DNA from: a virus
IMG/VR virus record: IMGVR_UViG_3300025759_000076
Coordinates: 10,609 to 74,608 of that record
Length of the DNA: 64,000 bases
Direction: 5' to 3' (one strand)
The position numbers were made by a program, and so were the translations under genes. Below are positions 20,722 through 29,345 of the stretch, in pieces. The notes under the pieces were generated by a model. It saw only the letters and a program-made list of their open reading frames with translations. It made no database searches and had not been told where the DNA came from. Position 1 is the stretch's first letter; each line of letters begins with the position of its first letter.

Positions 20722-21905
20722 TAGTAGTTCCAGAGTTCCCAACCACCTGCAGCAGTTCCATACTCATCATACTCATTACTCTTGGTATACCACCTATCTC
20801 CTTCATTATCTACAAAGGTTCCTTCATCTAAACCATCATTCATAAAACCAAACGGTGCCATGTCTTGTTCGATTTGGTTCTTCTGTTCTTCATACAGTCT
20901 CTTACGAACATCTTGGTCAGTTAGTTCTTTAAAGTAATCCTGTGCAACTAACCATGCATAAATGACTAGACACATTGCAAGGTCATCATTACAACCTTCT
21001 TCTGCCTCAAATGAATTACTCTTTGAGATAAATGTAGTCAGTTCTGAAATAATCTCATAGTCATTGAAGATAAGTTTATCTTCTTCAATCATTGTCTTAA
21101 GATTAAGTGACCCAATCTTTTTGACAGTCTTGGACATCTTGACACCAAGTTGGGTTTTAGTTCCAGAGAAACCCTGTCCTACAACTTGTCCTGCCCTACC
21201 CCTCATTGCACACATCAGAACATTCTGATATTCCAAGTCATATTGAAGAATACTTGCAACCTGGTCTCCAATATCATTGACCTCACAAAGAACAAATGCA
21301 TTGTTATATTTCTTTGCTAACTGAAAAATGATGTTAGGGAACAACATCGGTTTGATTTCATTGTTCCTATACTTCGCCACAACTCTATGTGGGAATGTAG
21401 TAATATCAGTAATAATAAATGCAGAGTAGTCATTACCTACTCCTCTTGCAACGTCAACAGTTACAATATAATCGTGGTCAGGAATTGGTGCAACATGAAC
21501 ATCTAGTCCTGCACTTGTTTGAATTGGATTATCATACACCAGAGTTTTGAGTTTACTTGGTGCAATCAATGTATCAACAGACCCAAGGAATTCACAATTA
21601 TGTGAAACTATTTTATTGGTAATGTATAGGTTTTCTTCCCCTACGTCCAATAAATCATATAAGTATATTCCTTCCTCAACTATTTCATTATATACAACTT
21701 TTTTTCCTTGAATAATATCATCAAGTTTTAGAGAAGATGCCTTTATCTTTTCACTCCCAAATGAATGATTATCAGAACATTTTATCTCACTTCCATCATC
21801 AAAAATAATCCAATGATAAAATGGTTTGAAAACTTTCTGTATTCCACTAAATGATTGAAATCCAGTTGGTGTCTTTACTTTTATATTGTTGTTTATTTTA
21901 TACAT
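20721..21905 (-). CDS. gp17: Terminase large subunit, C-terminal nuclease part, fused to split-intein IntC
   Basis: After ...IVSHN the frame continues CEFLGSVDTLI...DVARGVGNDYSAF...CNDDLAM (RNase H-like nuclease domain). Confidence 0.95.
   Translation of the reverse strand: MYKINNNIKVKTPTGFQSFSGIQKVFKPFYHWIIFDDGSEIKCSDNHSFGSEKIKASSLKLDDIIQGKKVVYNEIVEEGIYLYDLLDVGEENLYITNKIVSHNCEFLGSVDTLIAPSKLKTLVYDNPIQTSAGLDVHVAPIPDHDYIVTVDVARGVGNDYSAFIITDITTFPHRVVAKYRNNEIKPMLFPNIIFQLAKKYNNAFVLCEVNDIGDQVASILQYDLEYQNVLMCAMRGRAGQVVGQGFSGTKTQLGVKMSKTVKKIGSLNLKTMIEEDKLIFNDYEIISELTTFISKSNSFEAEEGCNDDLAMCLVIYAWLVAQDYFKELTDQDVRKRLYEEQKNQIEQDMAPFGFMNDGLDEGTFVDNEGDRWYTKSNEYDEYGTAAGGWELWNY
21597..21905 (-). mobile_element. 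Split intein C-fragment (IntC, 103 aa)
   Basis: Block B-like CSDNH, block F LYDLLDV..NLY, terminal SHN followed by Cys+1. Confidence 0.93.
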
Positions 21906-21911
21906 TTGCCC

Positions 21912-22790
21912 TCACATTGTATTGTATAAATCCTCTATCCTCATCTTACTGATAACATCATCTTTCTCAACTTCTACCAATGTATCACCTCCAACGCACT
22001 CAAACTCAATCTTGAACTGTTGTTCAGAAGTGTTCTTGATTGTCTGTTCTTTCCAGACTTCATCCCTACCAGGAACTTCTGACCAGTGAACATCAGTTGG
22101 AATATATTCGTTCTTTGCCCTCTCTGCATCATGCCACATTCGATAGAAGTGGTTCATCCCGTGAGGGGTAGAAACAATAATTACCTTCGTTGATTTACCA
22201 GAAGTAATCGTAGGATAAACAGATGCAAAGAATGCATCAGCAACATGATTTGGGACGAATGCAAATTCGTCCAAGAAGAGGATGTTAAAAGACATACCTC
22301 GAACAGCTGATGCTGAGGTAGAAGCTGCAAGTATCTTACTACCGTTCTCTAATTCAATATTACCTTTGTTCCATACAAGAATACCCTGTTGCATCCACTT
22401 GGGTAAGTTCTCATATGCAGTAGCCAGTCTTGCTAATAGTTCTCTTGCCGTTGTGGCTTTGTTTGCCAGGATACCAATGTTGACACTATCATTAAAGATA
22501 GCATAATGAAGTAGATACGACACACAGGTGGTTGACTTACCAGTCTGTCTAGGCATCTTACAGATATTAAATCTGTTCTCGTGGAAATTATTGATTAACT
22601 TTTCTTGGAAATCATAAGTCTTGAATGGCTGAAGACCATGGTCCAAGGTCACAATCTTTACATAATTATTTGCAAAGTATACCGGATCCTGTTTACATTT
22701 GATATACTCTTCAATATTCTCTTGTGTAAACTCAATCGCGGTATTCGCCTTTTTCAGCAGCGGATTTCCTAAATAAACATCATTACTCAT
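21912..22790 (-). CDS. gp17: Terminase large subunit, N-terminal ATPase part, fused to split-intein IntN
   Basis: Walker A PRQTGKST, Walker B FLDEFAF, VSTPHG; extein ends FKIEFE. Confidence 0.95.
   Translation of the reverse strand: MSNDVYLGNPLLKKANTAIEFTQENIEEYIKCKQDPVYFANNYVKIVTLDHGLQPFKTYDFQEKLINNFHENRFNICKMPRQTGKSTTCVSYLLHYAIFNDSVNIGILANKATTARELLARLATAYENLPKWMQQGILVWNKGNIELENGSKILAASTSASAVRGMSFNILFLDEFAFVPNHVADAFFASVYPTITSGKSTKVIIVSTPHGMNHFYRMWHDAERAKNEYIPTDVHWSEVPGRDEVWKEQTIKNTSEQQFKIEFECVGGDTLVEVEKDDVISKMRIEDLYNTM
21915..21998 (-). mobile_element. Split intein N-fragment (IntN, 28 aa: CVGGDTLVEVEKDDVISKMRIEDLYNTM)
   Basis: Block A CxxGDTxV and IEDLY motif, then stop. Confidence 0.93.
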
Positions 22791-22795
22791 AAAAA

Positions 22796-24151
22796 TTACC
22801 TAGTTTCTCTCCACTGAAATGCATTGTAAATATCTGTATCAGTATTATCAGACAAATTTGTTACAATAATAGCAAAGATGTTACTATCATCGGCATCAAT
22901 GTTTTGTGCAATATAAGATCTTTTAGCCGAGGTTGGATCAAACGCAACTGTGGATGATGCTTGTTTTCCTGATGGATTATTTGCAGCAAGTAATGATGCG
23001 TTTTTCAAGTCTCCACCAGTTGTTGTAAAATTAGTTCCTGCTGTAACATTATATTCAACTGCAGAATCATCGTTAGTACTTTCCCAAGTTCCACCTGTAA
23101 TATTATCGTTACTTGGTAATCTCCAAATCTCAAGTCTACAACTTGTGGAAGCACTCAATACTTCAATATCAGTCAATCTAACTGTTGTTCTATTTGGAAT
23201 TCCTTTGAATGTATTAGATAGTCTAATAGCACCTACACATTGTCTAAATGTGCTTTGTGTATTTCTTGATAAGGTAATTGGTCCATTAAACGCTGCAAAT
23301 TCAACACCTGTTTCTTTATATCCACCTTCACTCAATACAGTGGAACAGATTTGTTCCATTGATGTAATACCAACAGCAGCTCCTGTATTAGCAATCTCAC
23401 ATCTAATTGGAAGTGATGGAAGTGACCAATATGCATGTTCTTCAATATTTGAATGATTGAATTCGTGGAAGTATATAGTTCTCCCACCCAGAACAAATCC
23501 ACATCTTATCCTACCCACACCCAACCACTGAAAGTCTGTTGCAAACAACTGTGTTTTAGTGAAGTCCAAAGATATACTGGTAATACCAGTACCATCCATA
23601 GGATCTAAATTCCAATTAACCTGATTAACAACTGTATCACTGGCAATTCCAGTATTAAAAGATCTTTTTACAACAGAAACAGTTCCGTCTCCTTCTTGTT
23701 GAACAAATATACCATTTCTATCATCATAATATCCCACTTTCTTTGTTGTATTTTCTCTTACATCAAGAAAATTAAAACTTGTCATTATAGATTGAGACTT
23801 ACCTGGCATGTAATGGTGATACATTCTAGATTGGTGAATAACCTGATCCGTTGCACCAGTTCCAACAATTAATGCAATAGATGCTGTATTTGGATTTACT
23901 TCGGTTGTAGCACCAGCACCAACAGTTTTCGTAAGAAGTTCTACTTCTTCACCATAAATGTGTGTATAGTCGGCAAGAGTATATGGCATCGATACTCTTG
24001 ATCTTCCAAAAGCATCAACTGATCCACCACTTGTGCCAGTAGTTACTCCACAATCACCAATGTTGCCGTATCTGTCGGCACACATGTAAACTTCGTGAAG
24101 TGTTCTCTCCTGGTTTAGATAATCTTGTGTATTCTTATTCCACTGTGCCAT
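22796..24151 (-). CDS. Hypothetical virion structural protein
   Basis: DAFGRSRVS, DFQWLGVGRIRCGF, SLPIRCEI motifs; in the late operon. Confidence 0.75.
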   Translation of the reverse strand: MAQWNKNTQDYLNQERTLHEVYMCADRYGNIGDCGVTTGTSGGSVDAFGRSRVSMPYTLADYTHIYGEEVELLTKTVGAGATTEVNPNTASIALIVGTGATDQVIHQSRMYHHYMPGKSQSIMTSFNFLDVRENTTKKVGYYDDRNGIFVQQEGDGTVSVVKRSFNTGIASDTVVNQVNWNLDPMDGTGITSISLDFTKTQLFATDFQWLGVGRIRCGFVLGGRTIYFHEFNHSNIEEHAYWSLPSLPIRCEIANTGAAVGITSMEQICSTVLSEGGYKETGVEFAAFNGPITLSRNTQSTFRQCVGAIRLSNTFKGIPNRTTVRLTDIEVLSASTSCRLEIWRLPSNDNITGGTWESTNDDSAVEYNVTAGTNFTTTGGDLKNASLLAANNPSGKQASSTVAFDPTSAKRSYIAQNIDADDSNIFAIIVTNLSDNTDTDIYNAFQWRETR

Positions 24152-24491
24152 AATTTTCCCACTGTAATTTGCCAGGGTGATATCTTCTTACATCACCAAA
24201 TTTCACTGTTGGTTTTTGTTCTACTGGATATACTCTTTGAACAATTGCTCCAGGATATTCACCTTGAAGTTGTTCTGCTAATTCCTGATTAGTTGGTAGT
24301 CTTACTGAGTCAGCCTGTTCTAACTGTACTCTGTAAATACTACCCATCCAAACAAAGTCTGCAAGATACTTATAGTTCTCTTCCACCTGCTGTTCTGGAG
24401 AGACAGAATTATCACCACCTACATTGAGTGTTCCATTAAAGTCACCATGAATAGTGACTGATTCCTGTATAAAATCTTTAAAGTCTTTCAT
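24135..24491 (-). CDS. Putative capsid-internal protein with T4-type capsid-targeting sequence
   Basis: Start reassigned to MKDFKDFIQE-S (TGATG overlap), similar to the T4 internal-protein leader MKTYQEFIAE. Confidence 0.65.
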   Translation of the reverse strand: MKDFKDFIQESVTIHGDFNGTLNVGGDNSVSPEQQVEENYKYLADFVWMGSIYRVQLEQADSVRLPTNQELAEQLQGEYPGAIVQRVYPVEQKPTVKFGDVRRYHPGKLQWENYGTVE

Positions 24492-25729
24492 CAGCACTTC
24501 CACTTTCTAAGAGCAAGAGCCTTACGAGTGGGTTCGCCATTAGGTTTCTTCATTGGTCCCTTGACTCCACCCATTCTTGCACAGAAGGATCTTTTTCTAG
24601 GACCCCCTTCAGGTTGAGGAGCCTTGAGATCAGAACCAGGATTTTCACGTTCGTAAGACTTACGTCCTTTCTCGTTCAATCCACCTTCTTTGTTCTTACC
24701 TTCCTTTCTCTGCCATGCAGCAGACTTCTCTTCGAGTTCTTCTACTTCTTCACGGACACCTACATTAATCATAGGCTCACTTGGGTTGTATGGTGCAAGG
24801 TCAAATCTTTGAAGATAACAACCAGGATAAATCTTCTCAAGAGCACTAGTAACTTCTTTTCTAGATGGTCTCTTAACTTCAGGGAAGAAGAGTTTCATCA
24901 TCATATACTTACCTCTCCAGGTAAAACCTACCAAGTAAACATTACCATTCTGTGCAGGAACTCTGGTTGCTTCTTCAATCTCAACTTCTTCCTTCTTCAT
25001 TTTTGCCTTTGTCTTGGCAAGTAATCTTGCTCTGGCAGCATCTTGTTCGCTCTTAGGAATAGCAGTGACAGCACCGACTTTCTGATCTACATCACCAGGT
25101 GCATATCCTTCACCAACAGGAACACAATTAGGGACTACTTTTTTACCCTTCTTCTTCATACCCTTCTGGGTATACCCAACCCAACACTTCTCATCAAGAA
25201 CTTCTACTTCAACACCTGCGGCTTTCATACATCTGATTTGAAGGTCAGTGAATTCTGGAAGAGCCATGAATTCTTCGTTCTTCTTTGACTTACCATAGTT
25301 GGCAGCACCTTTCTTACGACACTGAACCAAACGACCAGAAGCATAAGCAGAAGGCCATACAGAAGCAGATGCCTTTACCTTGTGGTAACATGCATCCTTC
25401 TTACCACTACTTTTACCCTTTTTGTCCGCTTCGTTGATTTCCATTTCTTCCTTCATTTTCTTCTTTGGTTTGTCAGTTGAAACGTAAGTTGGTTTTGCAG
25501 CACCAGACTTTGATTGTTGGTTTGGGTCTGCAGCTTTCTTTCTTCTTTGTGCAGACTTCCTTTCGGCAGGAGTCATACTGGCCCTCTTTGAAGAAGATAC
25601 ACATTTAGGTGTTCCTTCACCTGGTTTATCACTAGCACAAGTACCACCAGTGACTACATTGACCCAACCAGACTTACCGTCTTTAGACTTGGATCCCTTA
25701 AACCACTTATGTAGATTACCTTCCTGCAT
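24491..25729 (-). CDS. Modular basic protein, putative capsid-internal polyprotein
   Basis: Lys/Arg-rich modules separated by Glu-rich linkers; TATAAATA upstream. Confidence 0.7.
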   Translation of the reverse strand: MQEGNLHKWFKGSKSKDGKSGWVNVVTGGTCASDKPGEGTPKCVSSSKRASMTPAERKSAQRRKKAADPNQQSKSGAAKPTYVSTDKPKKKMKEEMEINEADKKGKSSGKKDACYHKVKASASVWPSAYASGRLVQCRKKGAANYGKSKKNEEFMALPEFTDLQIRCMKAAGVEVEVLDEKCWVGYTQKGMKKKGKKVVPNCVPVGEGYAPGDVDQKVGAVTAIPKSEQDAARARLLAKTKAKMKKEEVEIEEATRVPAQNGNVYLVGFTWRGKYMMMKLFFPEVKRPSRKEVTSALEKIYPGCYLQRFDLAPYNPSEPMINVGVREEVEELEEKSAAWQRKEGKNKEGGLNEKGRKSYERENPGSDLKAPQPEGGPRKRSFCARMGGVKGPMKKPNGEPTRKALALRKWKC

Positions 25730-25795
25730 ATCAAAGAAAGAGTTCTGTTTTATTATTTATAACTAAATACTAATACTAACAGATACCTAATAAAG

Positions 25796-26083
25796 ATGGC
25801 GAGACTTGGTATTAATACCGGTACTGCTCCAAATGACGGAACCGGAGATACCCTTTTTCAAGCAGGAGATAAGACAAATAAAAATTTTAGTGAGTTATAT
25901 AACTTTTTAGGTAATGGTACAGACCTTGCGTCTGGGTTTGTTACTTCAATTACTGCAGGAGACAATATCAGAGATATTTTTGCAGTAGTTCCATTACCTG
26001 CAAAAAGTTTCATCTGTCCAGCATTCAACTGGATTTTTGTGTTTGTACTATTGCCAGTCTTTCTTCTAATCTGGTCTACATAA
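25796..26083 (+). pseudogene. Inverted 5' fragment of a baseplate/tail-fibre gene (gp9/gp10-type N-terminus) running into antisense sequence
   Basis: INTGTAPNDGTGDTL..GDKTNKNFSELY motif for about 58 aa, opposite to the operon; remainder is the reverse complement of another coding fragment. Confidence 0.7.
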
Positions 26084-26100
26084 ATGTCATTATTGAATGT
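25970..26100 (-). pseudogene. Start-less internal tail-fibre-like fragment (TFNNDIYVDQIRRKTGNSTNTKIQLNAGQMKLFAGNGTTAKISL)
   Basis: Manual translation gives a protein-like beta-rich segment with no in-frame ATG upstream. Confidence 0.55.
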
Positions 26101-26146
26101 ACATACAAAATAAACTACATCAAGTAGTTCATTATATATTTATATT

Positions 26147-27535
26147 CTATCTTGCTTCGAGTTTATCTAACCTAGATTTGAGAAGTTCATTCTCATCTTT
26201 GAGCTCTTTAACAGACTCAATCAATAGACCAATCAAACCATTGTAGTTCACTGATTTGGGGAAAGAACCTGCAATTAGCTCGGGGAATACCTCTTCAACT
26301 TCCTGAGCAATAACACCCATAGAAGGCTTATGGGTGTTAATGAAGTCAAAGTGAACACCATTCAACTTGGAAACCTTATCCAGTGGACTAGCAATAACTC
26401 TTATATTCTCCTTAACACGCCTATCTGATAAAGAATCAAAGCTCTGTGAAGTAATAATACCAGAAATAGTAGCATTACTAGCTGAAATAAAGCCAACAGT
26501 AGCAATACCAGTTATGTTGATATTACTTATGATGTCCGCCTTTTGTGCAGTCAGACTATTAACAATAATATTTGGTATGCCAGTCAGACCTTGTGCATTA
26601 GTTGCAACTCCTGCAGTGGTCGCATAAGTTGCAATACCAGCAACATGGGCATAACTTGAGTTAGTTGCAAATTCTGATGTTGTGGAGATACCTGCAGTAT
26701 GTGCATAACCTGCATCAGCACCAACCCACTTACCAGTAGATGTTTGATATTTAAGTACTTTGTCATTGACCTTGGCACTGTCTCTGTCAACATCATCCAA
26801 GAATTCAAGTCTGACTTCACCACCACCACCTTGGACTTCAACCTTCTGAATGGTTTGATAAAACATCTTACGAAGTTGGCCAACCTCACGCTTCATTCGA
26901 GCCATCTCAGTTTCAGACTCATTGAGTTGTTCTTCTTCTGGAATCAATTGTTCCAAAATCTCAAGAGTTTTATCAATAGTACTTTCTTCTTTAGATACTA
27001 TCTCACTACCAAGACCTTCTGTTGGTTTTAATGGTTCTGGTGTGATAATATCTTCAGTTTCTATCTTAAGTGGTTTATAATCATCCTTCCAGTTACTAGT
27101 ATCTACTTCTTCCTTCTGTTGTTTTACCCAATCATCAGGTATAAGATTATGTTTTTCTTTAAATTGATTATGTAATTTGGTTGGTGTAATATTATACTCT
27201 GCACTAATCCCTCTCATAAGTCTATCAATTGACTTATAAGATGTACTTTTAAGATTTACCAGTTCAGTTTCTAAAACCTTTACTGCTTTTATCGCACTTT
27301 GTTCTACCTTCGGGGTTTCATTGAACAAAAATGCTTCAAAAATCTTAGCATCTTTTTTAATTTTATCTAGTTCTTTTTCTTTTTTTAAGTTTTTTTCTTT
27401 AACCTTCCGTTTTTCTTCACTCAAACTTGAGAAAAGGTCTCCAAGGGATACCTCCCCAAGTATTTCTTTATTCTTTTCTTTACTTTTTTTCTTCTCTTCA
27501 CCAATAAGAGAAAAGAAATCTCCTAAGTTATCCAT
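26147..27535 (-). CDS. Fibre-like protein with C-terminal intramolecular chaperone (peptidase S74) domain
   Basis: GGGGEVRLEFLDDVD motif, AGIATYA repeats, SDRRVKENI...GVIAQEVEEVFPEL...VNYNGLIGLLIESVKEL. Confidence 0.8.
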   Translation of the reverse strand: MDNLGDFFSLIGEEKKKSKEKNKEILGEVSLGDLFSSLSEEKRKVKEKNLKKEKELDKIKKDAKIFEAFLFNETPKVEQSAIKAVKVLETELVNLKSTSYKSIDRLMRGISAEYNITPTKLHNQFKEKHNLIPDDWVKQQKEEVDTSNWKDDYKPLKIETEDIITPEPLKPTEGLGSEIVSKEESTIDKTLEILEQLIPEEEQLNESETEMARMKREVGQLRKMFYQTIQKVEVQGGGGEVRLEFLDDVDRDSAKVNDKVLKYQTSTGKWVGADAGYAHTAGISTTSEFATNSSYAHVAGIATYATTAGVATNAQGLTGIPNIIVNSLTAQKADIISNINITGIATVGFISASNATISGIITSQSFDSLSDRRVKENIRVIASPLDKVSKLNGVHFDFINTHKPSMGVIAQEVEEVFPELIAGSFPKSVNYNGLIGLLIESVKELKDENELLKSRLDKLEAR

Positions 27536-27537
27536 TT

Positions 27538-27873
27538 TTACACAGATATAGTTGAATTCACAATAACTGAACCCTCAAAAACCTTCGATACTACATTCGA
27601 ACCAGAGGTTACAAGAATATCATAGTAGTTTCTACCTACAGTCAAATTCGATGTAATTGAAGTTCCCATCGACAACGTAATTGTTCCGGTAGTTGATGCA
27701 ATACCTACAGTAAAACTCTGAACATTGAGTACATCTTCTGGATATTTTCTAATTTTAGAAACCCCAGTGTAACCAGTCAAATCGATAATAGTCTGGTCAG
27801 GATTTTTCATCACAAAATTCTGTGAAAAATCTGTACCTTTGTCGATTTGTATATTTACTGATTCAGCAGCCAT
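27538..27873 (-). CDS. Hypothetical virion protein (BppU-like beta sandwich suspected)
   Basis: IDKGTDF, DLTGYT, GRNYYDILV motifs. Confidence 0.7.
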   Translation of the reverse strand: MAAESVNIQIDKGTDFSQNFVMKNPDQTIIDLTGYTGVSKIRKYPEDVLNVQSFTVGIASTTGTITLSMGTSITSNLTVGRNYYDILVTSGSNVVSKVFEGSVIVNSTISV

Positions 27874-27882
27874 TGTATTTTT

Positions 27883-28308
27883 TTAAGTATTTAGGTCCTT
27901 ACCTGCATTCTTTAACATCTTCTGAAGGTCTGCAGTTGAACCAACAAAAAGAGCATTATTGACGGTTGTTGGTCCTTTCAATTCCTCTTCCTTATTAACA
28001 TCTTTCAACTTCTTCTGAAGGTCCATCAACTTATCAGTTGCATCAGAGACACTCTTAATTAATTGACCAGCAACTTCATATGCTCTCGGCATCTCACTTT
28101 CTTGAGCTAGTTCAAGAATACCATTGATTGCTTCCTGACCCTTTTCAATGATTGAGTATAAATTACCTCTGGTATATTCGTAGTCTTTACGAATATCTTC
28201 CTTGGAATTTTCATACCTTTCAATTCTCTTCTCAATAACATTCTTTTCTGGTGTTACCTCTATTGGTTCAACATCAAAAGTTTCATTGAGCTTTTCATAC
28301 TTATCCAT
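27883..28308 (-). CDS. gp16: Terminase small subunit
   Basis: DYEYTRGNLY, PRAYEVAGQLIK, NNALFVGSTADLQKML. Confidence 0.95.
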   Translation of the reverse strand: MDKYEKLNETFDVEPIEVTPEKNVIEKRIERYENSKEDIRKDYEYTRGNLYSIIEKGQEAINGILELAQESEMPRAYEVAGQLIKSVSDATDKLMDLQKKLKDVNKEEELKGPTTVNNALFVGSTADLQKMLKNAGKDLNT

Positions 28309-28316
28309 GATTTACC

Positions 28317-29318
28317 TCAGAAAAGATTTCCATCAAAACCGAAATTGTCACCAACTTCAATTTGTTCATTATCCGATTGAGTTATTGTATATACTTTCTC
28401 TCCAAGTAAATGATTTTGTAGTGGTGACTTATCTTGAGCTCTCTTAACTACTAGTCTATTTCCTGTCACATTCTCCACATACATTTCTTCTTGACCAATG
28501 TAAATATATGACTTCTCTGGAATCTTAGTTCCATCATCAACATCAATGATGGTTTCTACCATATCAACATTCTCCGAAAGTAGAGTTGCAACTACACCAT
28601 CATAATCTTTAACTGCCCTTGGAGTAACTTGATATGTAACATCTCTTTCATATGAATTACCACTGGTGGAACCAGCAACATAACCAATAGAAACCTTTTT
28701 GATGATGTCCGAAGAAACATCCTTAAGAGGACCAAAGACATAAGTCTTTGCCGTAAATGTCAGAGTGTATATAAGTGCTCTTCTTGTATCAAAATTACCT
28801 TCATAATCATCACTCATAACAATGTTATCCAGTTGAACCGGAACATTGATTACTTCATTCAGATTACCCAAGAACTTGATAGGAAGGGTATATCCTGGTT
28901 GAAAGTAAGGAACAATTTGTTCAATAATTTGAAGCATATCATCATTCAATTTGGTGTAAATTGAAAGAGTGATTGTCATGTTATATGGAACAGGAAGATA
29001 TCCTTTCTTCGTCTCTGTTCCATCAGAACTTGTATAAACTACTGTCTGCGTTTGTGTTGATTTTCTTGAGGAATCATATGCCAGATTTGTAAATTCAAAT
29101 GACATCCTCGGAAGTGTCATTTGAACTGGTGCATTCAAGTCTGGGTTCTGTTTCAGTCTTGCAAGAAATTTTTGAGTAGGTCCGTAAGCAAGAGGAACTT
29201 TGATGACACTAAAGGTGGAGTCATTCTCATCTTTATGTTGAATTTGGATTCCATTGAATAAAGAACCAAATCCAATAATTACAGATCTAAAGATCTCATT
29301 GTAAAAATATTCAAACAT
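28317..29318 (-). CDS. gp15: Tail sheath stabiliser / tail terminator
   Basis: VPLAYGPTQKFLARL, LPRMSFE, QIIEQIVPYF. Confidence 0.95.
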   Translation of the reverse strand: MFEYFYNEIFRSVIIGFGSLFNGIQIQHKDENDSTFSVIKVPLAYGPTQKFLARLKQNPDLNAPVQMTLPRMSFEFTNLAYDSSRKSTQTQTVVYTSSDGTETKKGYLPVPYNMTITLSIYTKLNDDMLQIIEQIVPYFQPGYTLPIKFLGNLNEVINVPVQLDNIVMSDDYEGNFDTRRALIYTLTFTAKTYVFGPLKDVSSDIIKKVSIGYVAGSTSGNSYERDVTYQVTPRAVKDYDGVVATLLSENVDMVETIIDVDDGTKIPEKSYIYIGQEEMYVENVTGNRLVVKRAQDKSPLQNHLLGEKVYTITQSDNEQIEVGDNFGFDGNLF

Positions 29319-29345
29319 TACTTTGAAGACATATACTTCTATTTA

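Noticed and set aside
21906-21914. gp17 break as a pseudogene, sequencing error or group I intron
   Set aside because: Both sides carry complete intein motifs at the known atypical split position, and the gap is only 6 nt
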